Notes under the pieces: model-generated | The model's database searches: none | What the model saw: only the letters and a program-made list of their open reading frames with translations | What the model was told of the DNA's origin: nothing | Source: Laetmonice hystrix | Lineage: Eukaryota | DNA: 64,000 nucleotides | Assembly (NCBI GenBank): GCA_965235115.1 | Contig: OZ249437.1 | Coordinates: 6,324,001 to 6,388,000, forward strand | Direction: 5' to 3' | Made by a program: the position numbers and the translations under genes | Shown: in pieces, positions 11,338 to 23,037 of the stretch | Layout of the letters: every line of letters starts with the position of its first letter | Position numbering within the stretch: position 1 is the first letter of the stretch

Positions 11338-13740
11338 CCGTCCCCCACCTCACCGACACCCACCCACACATGTAGGTATCTTACACCCTCCGTCCCCCAC
11401 CTCCTCCACACCCACCCACACATGTAGGTATCTTACACCCTCCGTCCCCCACCTCACCCACACCCACCCACACATGTAGGTATCTTACACCCTCCGTCCC
11501 CCACCTCACCCACACCCACCCACACATGTAGGTATCTTACACCCTCCGTCCCCACCTCACCCACACTCACCCACACATGTAGGTATCTTACACCCCTCCG
11601 TCCCCCACCTCCTCCACACCCACCCACACATGTAGGTATCTTACACCCTCCGTCCCCCACCTCACCGACACCCACCCACACATGTAGGTATCTTACACCC
11701 CTCCGTCCCCCACCTCACCCACACCCACCCACACATGTAGGTATCTTACACCCCTCCGTCCCCACCTCACCGACACTCACCCACACATGTAGGTATCTTA
11801 CACCCTCCGTCCCCCACCTCCTCCACACCCACCCACACATGTAGGTATCTTACACCCTCCGTCCCCCACCTCACCGACACCCACCCACACATGTAGGTAT
11901 CTTACACCCTCCGTCCCCCACCTCACCCACACCCACCCACACATGTAGGTATCTTACACCCTCCGTCCCCCACCTCCTCCACACCCACCCACACATGTAG
12001 GTATCTTACACCCTCCGTCCCCCACCTCACCCACACCCACCCACACATGTAGGTATCTTACACCCCTCCGTCCCCACCTCCCCGACACTCACCCACACAT
12101 GTAGGTATCTTACACCCCTCCGTCCCCCACCTCCCCGACACCCACCCACACATGTATGTATCTTACACCCCTCCGTCCCCACCTCACCGACACTCACCCA
12201 CACATGTAGGTATCTTACACCCCTCCGTCCCCCACCTCACCGACACTCACCCACACATGTAGGTATCTTACACCCCTCCGTCCCCCACCTCACCGACACT
12301 CACCCACACATGTAGGTATCTTACACCCCTCCGTCCCCCACCTCACCGACACTCACCCACACATGTAGGTATCTTACACCCCTCCGTCCCCACCTCACCG
12401 ACACTCACCCACACATGTAGGTATCTTACACCCCTCCGTCCCCACCTCACCGACACCCACACATGTAGGTATCTTACACCCCTCCGTCCCCCACCTCACC
12501 GACACTCACCCACACATGTAGGTATCTTACACCCCTCCGTCCCCCACCTCACCCACACTCACCCACACATGTAGGTATCTTACACCCCTCCGTCCCCACC
12601 TCACCCACACCCACCCACACATGTAGGTATCTTACACCCCTCCGTCCCCCACCTCACCCACACTCACCCACACATGTAGGTATCTTACACCCCTCCGTCC
12701 CCCACCTCCCCGACACTCACCCACACATGTAGGTATCTTACACCCCTCCGTCCCCCACCTCACCCACACATGTAGGTATCTTACACCCCTCCGTCCCCCA
12801 CCTCACCGACACTCACCCACACATGTAGGTATCTTACACCCCTCCGTCCCCCACCTCACCGACACTCACCCACACATGTAGGTATCTTACACCCCTCCGT
12901 CCCCACCTCACCGACACCCACACATGTAGGTATCTTACACCCCTCCGTCCCCACCTCACCGACACTCACCCACACATGTAGGTATCTTACACCCCTCCGT
13001 CCCCACCTCACCGACACTCACCCACACATGTAGGTATCTTACACCCCTCCGTCCCCACCTCACCCACACTCACCCACACATGTAGGTATCTTACACCCCT
13101 CCGTCCCCCACCTCACCCACACTCACCCACACATGTAGGTATCTTACACCCCTCCGTCCCCACCTCACCGACACTCACCCACACATGTAGGTATCTTACA
13201 CCCCTCCGTCCCCACCTCACCGACACTCACCCACACATGTAGGTATCTTACACCCTCCGTCCCCACCTCACCGACACTCACCCACACATGTAGGTATCTT
13301 ACACCCCTCCGTCCCCCACCTCACCCACACTCACCGACACATGTAGGTATCTTACACCCCTCCGTCCCCACCTCACCGACACTCACCCACACATGTAGGT
13401 ATCTTACACCCCTCCGTCCCCACCTCACCCACACTCACCGACACATGTAGGTATCTTACACCCCTCCGTCCCCACCTCACCCACACTCACCCACACATGT
13501 AGGTATCTAACACCCCTCCGTCCCCACCTCCCCGACACTCACCCACACATGTAGGTATCTCACCCCTCCGCCCCACCTCACCCACACTCACCCACACATG
13601 TAGGTATCTTACACCCCTCCGTCCCCACCTCACCCACACCCACCCACACATGTAGGTATCTTACACCCCTCCGTCCCCCACCTCACCCACACCCACCCAC
13701 ACATGTAGAATCTCACCCCCACTTCCCCCACCTCCCCACC
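11338..13740. repeat. C-rich minisatellite, about 51-53-bp unit, about 46 copies
   Basis: Unit CACATGTAGGTATCTTACACCCCTCCGTCCCCACCTCACCGACACTCACCCA, with length variants. Confidence 0.97.
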
Positions 13741-14297
13741 CCGCGCCGCCCCGTGTGATATTTTGCAGTTGCAGACGATCCGACTGATCATTATCAGGAA
13801 CTTTGTGAGCAAACCATGATCGTATCTCCGATATGTTCATGGAGCAATTCCGCTCTTGATCCTGCAACAAGTTTTATTACGGTATACGATATAAATAATA
13901 TATAGAATATGCCGACGGGAAACCGTTGGTTTAGGTCAAAACGACAACGGTTAGTATGACTGTAACGTAGACGTGCCCGTAACCAGGAGAGATTATCTGA
14001 AGGTAGCAAGGCTCTCCTGGTCTTGGTTGGGAGATTATCTTTGACGTGATGAACCGTGAAGTAGCAAGTCTGGGTCACATTGGTGCACGGATTGCGTTAC
14101 TCCAGCGTACGTTGCGACTAGTATAAAAGTACCACAGGTTCCACAGAAGAAAATGCCAGATGGAGACGATATAATATGCACTTATTGCGTGAGAGACTAT
14201 AATGTGGAGGGTCTGTCTATTCTGACAATGCGTCAGCCTGCTACATTAGACGACGTGAGGGTATAGATTAGATGGGATCAAGTGAACTGGACTCGCG

Positions 14298-14622
14298 CCG
14301 GTGTTGCAGAAATACGTACTGGCCTGAAAAAGTACTTTCCTGTATATTTAATATAAAAACGCTGGGTTGTCTACTGGTCAAAATCATGTCAATAGACCTA
14401 CTGGTCAACTAGTGTTCCAACTGATTGGTCCTTTGATTTACAGTACTGAAATACTTAGAAATATACGGACCCTTACGGACAATTTCTCTGAAAATACGCA
14501 GGTTTTTCAGAAAATACGGGAAAGGTGAGCTGAAAATAGGCCTATACGGAGGTTTCCGTTTCCTGCAATTTTTGGTCCGTCGCCGGTCGGACGTCCGACG
14601 CGCTTATTGAAACACCCCCCTG
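14298..14622. mobile_element. Probable hAT-like non-autonomous element
   Basis: Right end TTATTGAAACACCCCCCTG, imperfect left counterpart CCGGTGTTGCA, repeated subterminal TACTGG motifs. TSD not seen. Confidence 0.35.
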
Positions 14623-14650
14623 AAGCCGGAGTTCTATTATCAACCTAAAT

Positions 14651-15260
14651 ACGTATAATAGACACCCCTAACACCAACCCCGTATAATAGACACCCCTAA
14701 CACCAACCCCGTATAATAGACACCCCTAACACCAACCCTGTATAATAGACACCCCTAACACCAACCCCGTATAATAGACACCCCTAACACCAACCCCGCA
14801 TAATAGACACCCCTAACACCAACCCCGTATAATAGACACCCCTAACACCAACCCCGTATAATAGACACCCCTAACACCAACCCCGTATAATAGACACCCC
14901 TAACACCAACCCCGTATAATAGACACCCTAACACCAACCCCGTATAATAGACACCCCTAACACCAACCCCGTATAATAGACACCCCTAACACCAACCCCG
15001 TATAATAGACACCCCTAACACCAACCCCGTATAATAGACACCCCTAACACCAACCCCGTATAATAGACACCCCTAACACCAACCCCGTATAATAGACACC
15101 CCTAACACCAACCCCGTATAATAGACACCCCTAACACCAACCCCGTATAATAGACACCCCTAACACCAACTCCGTATAATAGACACCCCTAACACCAACC
15201 CCGTATAATAGACACCCCTAACACCAACCCCGTATAATAGACACCCCTAACACCAACTCC
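14651..15260. repeat. Minisatellite, 29-bp unit, about 21 copies
   Basis: Unit GTATAATAGACACCCCTAACACCAACCCC, nearly invariant. Confidence 0.97.
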
Positions 15261-17224
15261 AATGATTTACCGACACAAGCTTCTCCACACAGTGTGCATT
15301 TTCTCCCTTAGTCCTACCCCCCCCCCCCCCCCCCAAACCAAGATTATAGATGCATATCACAAGACGTCATCAACATAAACATTCCAAGGTCTATACACCC
15401 AGGAAATTAGCAATATACAATAGGCTGAAGCCGTCTAGAGTTTCTGCAGGATATTCATAGAATAAAAACTCCTGTCTATATAATCAGGCAATTCTACTCC
15501 TCACCAAAACAGTCCACGCAGAAACAAGTGGGCGGCGGCCACCCAGAGTGGGCGTGGCGGGAGAGAAATATCATGGTACTGTCTGGGCACCCCATGACTT
15601 TCTCCTGGAAACACACAGGCCGCCTGTGTATCATTACTACAGGCAAACACAAACCAAAATGTAATATGCATCAGCATGGGCCGATCTGATATTACTTCGG
15701 TCTGTAATCTATTGTAACAAAACGCTCCGGGAGGTGGTGGCGGGAGTTATTTTGCATTAGTTCCAGTTTTTAGCTTATAGATGGTGGGCGTCGTATATTA
15801 AACGGTGCGGTGGGTTTCTAGACCAGTTCTACCTAGACCATGCATAGCGCTCTGACATTGCACCTTGCGGCTGTTTCCAAAACGAGTACTTCACGTTAAC
15901 TATAACTGCAAGACCATTTTTATTGATCTCGTCTCTTCCTGGAGAGAGGTTGAGTATAGATTATACGGCAGTTGTACGCATGCATGATAATATTCGGGAA
16001 TATTAGTTTTTGAATAAAATTATGTTTACAGAAAATTACAAGGGGCGGATCTTCTTATAATGCCTGGCCTATTATAATGGGATTCTGTATGACCAGTGAT
16101 CAATAATTTGAATTTTTTTTTCCAGCCTTTGTCGAACGATATAGATCTATGCTTATCGGTACGCACTGTATTGATAGACTCTTTGATACAGTGCATGAGG
16201 AGCTCTGGGATCAAAGCATAGTATTATATTGTATCAGTTAATTAAATGTGTGTGTGTGTGTGGGGGGGGGGGGCTTGCTTTGTTTTTCATTCCTGTCTGT
16301 CACAGCGGACATTGTCACTGACAGCATTAGGGCGACGCCCGCGTAGTGCTTGAGTAAACCGCCTCTTTGCCACTATATTATGTGCAATGTTTTGGAAGGT
16401 GCATCATAGTAGACATTTTGAAGTGTTTAACTTCTGGCTCGAGTCAATATTCTGCTACCGCAGTACCAGTGCATGCATGGCGTGGGTTTTGTTAGCGTAA
16501 GTATTTTTATACAGCTCTGAAAGGGTTCTTTGATTGGCAGCATAAAGGACTGCCAACATGGACGACATATGAATGACAGAAACACTTTAGGAATGAGCCA
16601 TAATGAAATCTACAAAGACAAGACGTAACGCGTAAACACGAGGCATGATACATCTGAACGCATCACAAACTGGTTCTACAGTTTCAGCAAAGAATCTATG
16701 TTGACAGGTATTGTTAAATTGAGGACAGTTATGCATGCATGTTCTACGTGAAATGTACACAAATGATGCTCAGAATTACTTAAGGTAAATTGGGTATAGG
16801 TGTCCACAACGCGAGAATGAATCATTTCGCAAACAGTTCCCTCATGCCCGATTCTGAACGCTCTCCAAGGATGCAAACGATTGCTGCAACATATTAAAAC
16901 ATGTCAATATTCGTCTAGTCAACGGGTTTAAGTCGAAGCACAGACTGCCCGTGGCGCCCAAGCGGGAGTGCATCGATCATAGAACATGGTCGGCCCAGTT
17001 ACCCTTATAATGAACTGACACTGGCACAGACTTATTACAGCCGTTCATTCTATAATGGTGTTTGATGTGCTCTTAAGTCATTAAATCCTGGTCGCCCACC
17101 ATGTTTTCGACGCGCTGTTATTGCCTTTTCACAGTTAGACCCACTTTCTGGCCAGTTGATTGGCTTCGTATTTATGAAATAATGATAATAGTGCGGCAGC
17201 ATATTAATTCAAGACCTAGATATT

Positions 17225-17419
17225 GTGTTGGTTGAAGGGGCGTGCGCGCCACCAGTTAGCGCTAGTAGCGCGCAGCGATCAGCAGCGGCCAGAACGTATG
17301 ACGTCGTTACGTACTCGGCGCGAGTCAGGCAGACGACATTCGGCAGGCGAGCGATCAAGAAGTCTGCCTTGCAGCAGCGGTCTTTCGGTTACAACGCAGA
17401 GCGCTGTGGAATACTTGTC
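17225..17419 (+). promoter_or_regulatory. CpG-rich putative promoter / 5' UTR of gene A
   Basis: Sharp local CpG enrichment immediately upstream of the signal-peptide ATG. CRE-like TGACGTCG at about 17299. Confidence 0.45.
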
Positions 17420-17495
17420 ATGGATTCGGTGCTACGGATACTTGTTACCTGGACGCTACTTCCGCTGTTCAGCAACGTTCTTCTAACGTTTCACG
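17420..17495 (+). CDS. Gene A exon 1, signal-peptide-like
   Basis: MDSVLRILVTWTLLPLFSNVLLTFH(G), then donor G|GTAAGA. Phase 1 matches the lectin exon. Confidence 0.65.
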
Positions 17496-18609
17496 GTAAG
17501 ATTTCTCATCACAATATAGTTAGATGTACTTGCTTAAAAAAATACAATGTCAATGCGAAGTGCGTTGTCCTGTGGCGTGGGTATGGACATGCATATCTTG
17601 TCGTCATTTTTTATGGAGGTATAAAACTTGCTTCACAAGAATGTCTCTCGGAAGCAGGATAAGATTCTTGGGCATTACCCTTATGATAAAGGAAGGAGGC
17701 TCCGGGGAAGAGTTGCCTGTCTACAATTGTTCCTTCTCTCGGCCTCCTATAACTATGCTGAAGAAAGAAAGTTGAAAGAAAAAAAAGGAAATCATTCACC
17801 CATGTATTTATATCTGTGAGACAGAAATTTGAAGTACTTATCATTTGGACCCTTTCGGTGAACATTTTTGGTCGCTCATGGCGCGTCTAATATTTTGCAT
17901 TAATCGATAAAAACATACGAACATTGTATACATGTGAGTACATACTATACTTGCACACACGTAAGGGGATACAACACACATAGGTACATACACAGGCACG
18001 TACATACATAATGACAGACAGAAATACATATTATTAAATTACTTTCGTGCGTGCATACATATATTAACGCCTACCACCCATGGACCTGTACAAATTGTCC
18101 TATAGAGAGGTCTGTGGCGTGGGTTGCACAATGACAATGACATGCCTGATATCATAAGATGGATGGCCGTCGTATGGGTCTCATTGGCACAACGGGATCT
18201 CCACTCTGAATAATCATTCATTCCGCCAACAAGCTTGATATGTTATCAGACGACATCAACTACAGTATGCAAACTCCCTGACAGTCACGCCGGTACTTGG
18301 GCCATGACGTATGACGAATGCCAAACGGTCCCTTGCCGCACGGGGAAAGCAACAACACATTAGATACGACAAAAAGGGTGATCTGCATTATGTATGAAGG
18401 TGTGGTCATGCATCTGTTTTTATACTTTGACATGAGAGTTAATCCTGAATGGCAAGTACTTTGGTCAGAGCAAAGCGATTTGGACACAAGAGAGGCATTG
18501 TGCCATGGGATTGCTTGATTGCACGGCATGATGGGACTGTTGTTAGCCCTCGGTGAGAACAGCGTGCAGCGGAGTTGGGGGTATCTTCGCATGCCCCTCT
18601 GATTCGGGG

Positions 18610-18972
18610 TATGAGTATAGCCTACTTGGGTCCGTACAGAGCTGTGTCCTTTGTCTCCTTACAGGGTGTGAGTATACTTGGGTCCGTACAGAGCTGTGTC
18701 CCCTGTCTCCTTACAGGGTGTGAGTATACTTTGGTCCGTACAGAGCTGTGTCCTCTGTCTCCTTACAGGGTGTGAGTATACTTTGGTCCGTACAGAGCTG
18801 TGCCCTCTGTCTCCTTACAGGGTGTGAGTATACTTGGGTCCGTACAGAGCTGTGTCCTGTCTCCTTACAGGGTGTGAGTATACTTGGGTCCGTACAGAGC
18901 TGTGCCCTCTGTCTCCTTACAGGGTGTGAGTATACTTGGGTCCGTACAGAGCTGTGTCCTCTGTCTCCTTAC
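18610..18972. repeat. Minisatellite, about 52-bp unit, about 7 copies
   Basis: Unit CTTGGGTCCGTACAGAGCTGTGTCCYCTGTCTCCTTACAGGGTGTGAGTATA. Confidence 0.95.
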
Positions 18973-21900
18973 ATGGTGTCTCACTGCGGGGGTTCATCAC
19001 CATCGTGCTTTTATACGGGAAAGTTTGTCAAGTGTTAGCTGTAAGACCGGGTATTGCCAGTACAAAAGNNNNNNNNNNNNNNNNNNNNNNNNNNNNNNNN
19101 NNNNNNNNNNNNNNNNNNNNNNNNNNNNNNNNNNNNNNNNNNNNNNNNNNNNNNNNNNNNNNNNNNNNNNNNNNNNNNNNNNNNNNNNNNNNNNNNNNNN
19201 NNNNNNNNNNNNNNNNNNNNNNNNNNNNNNNNNNNNNNNNNCCCATGAGCAGCCCAGACGTTACGGCCTCAGTCTGCACACGCCTTGCACGGCTCAGCGT
19301 CTTCCTTCCTGGTCCATCTGGCACACGTGGATCTCGTCAGCAGTTTGGGCGGGAACTGCCAGACGACCGGCCCACATCGCCTTGTGCCCCAGCACTGCTT
19401 ACATCTCCAGGATGTGATCATATGAATGGCCACGTGACTGAGTGATGTGAGCTCTGGGAGTGGCTCTCATTTAATTGAGTACCATGGTGAGGCCAAGTCG
19501 CTTGGGCATAGCTAAAAAAACGGTCATCCATCCCGTAGGGATACTTCCCGTTATGGCGTGTGAATCAATGGAACCTGTGGCGACACAAAACCAAACGTGG
19601 GCCTCTGGGTTTGTCAGCTTATTAGGAACTCAGCAGCTCAGTGAGCTCTCTCACACGATTCCAGGCCACAGGAGAAACCTCCAGCCCACTCATTATTACT
19701 AGTCTATGGAACGGGCCCGTGCAGCAGCTGGGGGAGTCGACAGGAAAACCATGAAATATGGGGTGAAAGTAGGCAACCTCGAGCCCCAGCATGAACTCAA
19801 CGCATTAACGTGAACGCCTTTTATAGTTCTTTACACGAATCTGACGGCTGCTTTGGATATTCTGGCCATTTTCAAACAAAACTCTCAGCCTTCATACTCT
19901 GGCAAGTGGGAACTACTAAGTACAGGGTTGACATGTGTACACAATACAATAAATTTGTGATAAACCGGTTTATCTAGTCGAACCAGCTGAAAACAGAGTA
20001 TTCTACCCGCCTCCAGTCAAAGTCAGGACCAGTAGATGATCTTTTCAACAACTAAAACAACAACTAAAACAACAACAAACCTCTACCCTCTAATATTGCT
20101 GGGGAGATTAAGGTTATTTTTTACACTTATAATGCCACCATGAAAGTGAAACAAATTTAATAAGTTTAATAAATACTTAGAAAAATACGGCTCGTCCTAT
20201 CTGGTATCCTGCATAAAAAACACACGATTTAGGTGTCACAAATAAATTTCCTGCCAATTAATGAACACCCGCTCAGAAATTTGGTTCTGGACAGTGTCTT
20301 GACAAACTTCAAGCTATTTCCTACTATATATTAAACATTAAGTACACATTAAAATAGTATACCAAGGTAAAAACGTATGTAACCTGCACTTAAAATCATT
20401 TAACGTTTCTTGCAACAGCAGCTGGGAATATATCCGTGTAGGGTGATCTAAATGTTAAAGTTCACGTTTTTGTTATTTGTGGTTCCTAGGTTGTTTGTTT
20501 CACCTGAAGCGTCGGTCAGTGAATGTCACTAACAGGTACATTATACACTGCTGTTTATCCAGGTGAAGACACGGAAGGTAAAATACTTCTTTGCGTGACA
20601 GTCCAGATAAATACATTGCTTTAAAACTGTAAATTTTACATAGCACCAGCGCAGATCGATCGTACATAATATGCACAGGAAAAAGGAAAAGGAAAATAAA
20701 TCGATCGATGTTGGATCCTGTCTATAGCACATTGTATTTCATACTTTACGAGGACGAGGTTCTAAAGCGTATCAAATGTCCGTAATATTTGTGGCAGACA
20801 TCAGTTACAGCAGGACGCTCTATTAAATTTCTAGGGTGTCGTCATCAAAAGCCCCTGATCCAAATCGGATATATTGACTGTCTCATGTTTAAAAAAGAAC
20901 GGATTTCTGTCAGAAAGAAAGCGCACGGGCATAAGGCCTTCCAGTCAAACAGTAATCAATTATAATGATTACGGTATTAGGATCTGGGCATAATCTTGTT
21001 TTCAGGTTTATGAAGGCATTGAAGAGTAACAGTCCATGAATACCATGCCTAATACTCTTTTCTCTATTCTTTTTTATACTTAAAGCATTCTTTCACACGC
21101 AAGCGAATTGACTATAAACTTTGAGTAGGCTTGTAAGAATAATATAGATTATTTATGTAGTCAAAACTCAGACACTGGATTATGTTGTTGTAAGATACTT
21201 TTATTACTGCGTATCCATATTATCATCACCTATTAACCGGAATGACTCTACAACTGTCAACTACGTATACTTATGATAATAAATAATATGATAATTATAT
21301 TATAGAGATATGATGATACTGTAACTGTTGATAACTGTTGTAACTGTTAACATCAACTGTTGATGACAAGCGACTCATACGAATTTCAAAGAATGCGAAT
21401 GCGGCATTGCCTCACGGCATTGCCTCGCGGGCCAGTGTGCGAAACCTTCATGTCACACTCTCTTATTAGAAAAGGAATAGGTGTATAAATATTAGAATAG
21501 ATATATACAACATTACCAGGTAACTTTTCCCAACACACAATATGAATTTACGGTACAAACATTTGTAAGATACTCGGAAGTTTCTCATGAATACATCAAT
21601 ATGGAAATATAAAAGGGGACACCTAATCCCTAAAATGGGCTCGACTAAATGACTGAGCTCATTGATGGGTATGAAAGACTGTCGTAAACTATATAAGGTG
21701 CTATGTGATATACTAACTATACCTAATTATAATTTCTTGTCATGGCCTTCGTAAGAGGGTAATGGACAGGAGGGCTGCGACGAATGCAGCTGGTGACGAA
21801 AGTACATGCGTCTATATCGAACGCGAACGAATACAATGGCAGTTATTGAAGTGTTAAAAAGATTCAAAATGGGAGAGTTTTCTATTTTCTTTTCATCTTC

Positions 21901-22050
21901 TGTGTTTGCTCACACACAATATTCTTAAAGAATACTAACATGTGAACATCTTCTGGTTTGAAGTTTGCCCTCTTTGAGGTGACAATGTTAGCAGCTGTGC
22001 TGAACAACCTGGCTTCACCTATAGCTCTAATAGACAGTGGCTTCCTTATA

Positions 22051-23037
22051 CCCCCATCACACTAGAAGGCGTTCTGGCTGCGCTCTAGAAAATGGGCCAG
22101 ATCGCCGTAGAGCGTGGATAGAGTGCCTTGAGGTCCTTCTGAGCGTCATAGGAGCGAGATAGTGTCGAGAGTAGAGAGTAGAGTATTTGGGGTTTTACGC
22201 CTTGCAACAGCCAGGGTCATATCACGGCGGTGAAGATGATGATGAAAGTCTGTTTTTCTTGGTGGAGGAAACCGGAGTGCCCGGAGGAAACCACCGACCT
22301 TCGGGAAGGAACTGACTTACAAACCTTTCACACATGCAGCCCTGGCCGGGAATCGAACCCGGGCCGCAGCGGTGTGAGGCGATGGTCCTAGGTGTCATGA
22401 GCCAGCACCTTTGACCACTCGGCCCCCCGAGGCCCCCCGCGAGATAGTCATGGTGACCATATGACGACCCAGCGAGATAGTGTCTCCCTGGGTCGTCATA
22501 TGGTCACCATGAGCGCCATTAGCGGCGGCCAATTTTGAACATGCACAAAATTTACGCCGCAGGGTCGCCGTGGATCTAAAAGCGTAGTTAGATCGAAATG
22601 CGATCACCATCAGCGTCCTAGGAGCGCAGTACCAGATTCCTGAGAGCGCAGGTCGAGCGCCAGTGAACGGTGTAGCATCGGCCTTCCCGTCCCATGGCGC
22701 TGGCCCGGCGCTCTTACCACGCTGCTACCGAGACCTCGGCGACCCCAATGAGCCCTTTACACGCTCTGCAGGGTTCTGCCGCTGCGCTCACGACGCCAGA
22801 GCTGCGTTCTTGCTGCGCAGTGAGCGCAGTGTGATCGTATAGGACGTGGTAGCAACGCCATACGACGTGGTAGGGACGGCCTAAATCGTCCGAGAATTGC
22901 ATTTTTCCACGTCGTGGCAGTGGGGTGGGAGCGGCATTGCAGTCACACTTGGAGGGGTTTCTGATGTTGACGGTGACCAACGGCGATCTGTGAGGTCGCC
23001 GTGGTCGCCGTAAGGTCTTTATCCAGTGTGATGGGGG
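22051..23037. mobile_element. Non-autonomous DNA transposon with TA(TA) flanks
   Basis: TIRs CCCCCATCACACTAG and CCAGTGTGATGGGGG, TATA on both sides, internal GGTCGCC/GCGCTC-type repeats. Superfamily not determined. Confidence 0.75.
22164..22438 (-). mobile_element. tRNA-derived SINE with V/Meta-type central domain
   Basis: Minus strand shows A-box-like GGCCGAGTGGTC, B-box GGTTCGATTCCC, core GGTCGGTGGTTTCCTCCGGGCACTCCGGTTTCCTCCACC and an ACTCT-repeat tail. Candidate TSD GCGAGATAGT at 22154-22163 and 22439-22448. Confidence 0.85.

Noticed and set aside
22340-22438. tRNA gene
   Set aside because: A and B boxes are present, but they continue into a SINE core and tail and I could not fold a complete cloverleaf.
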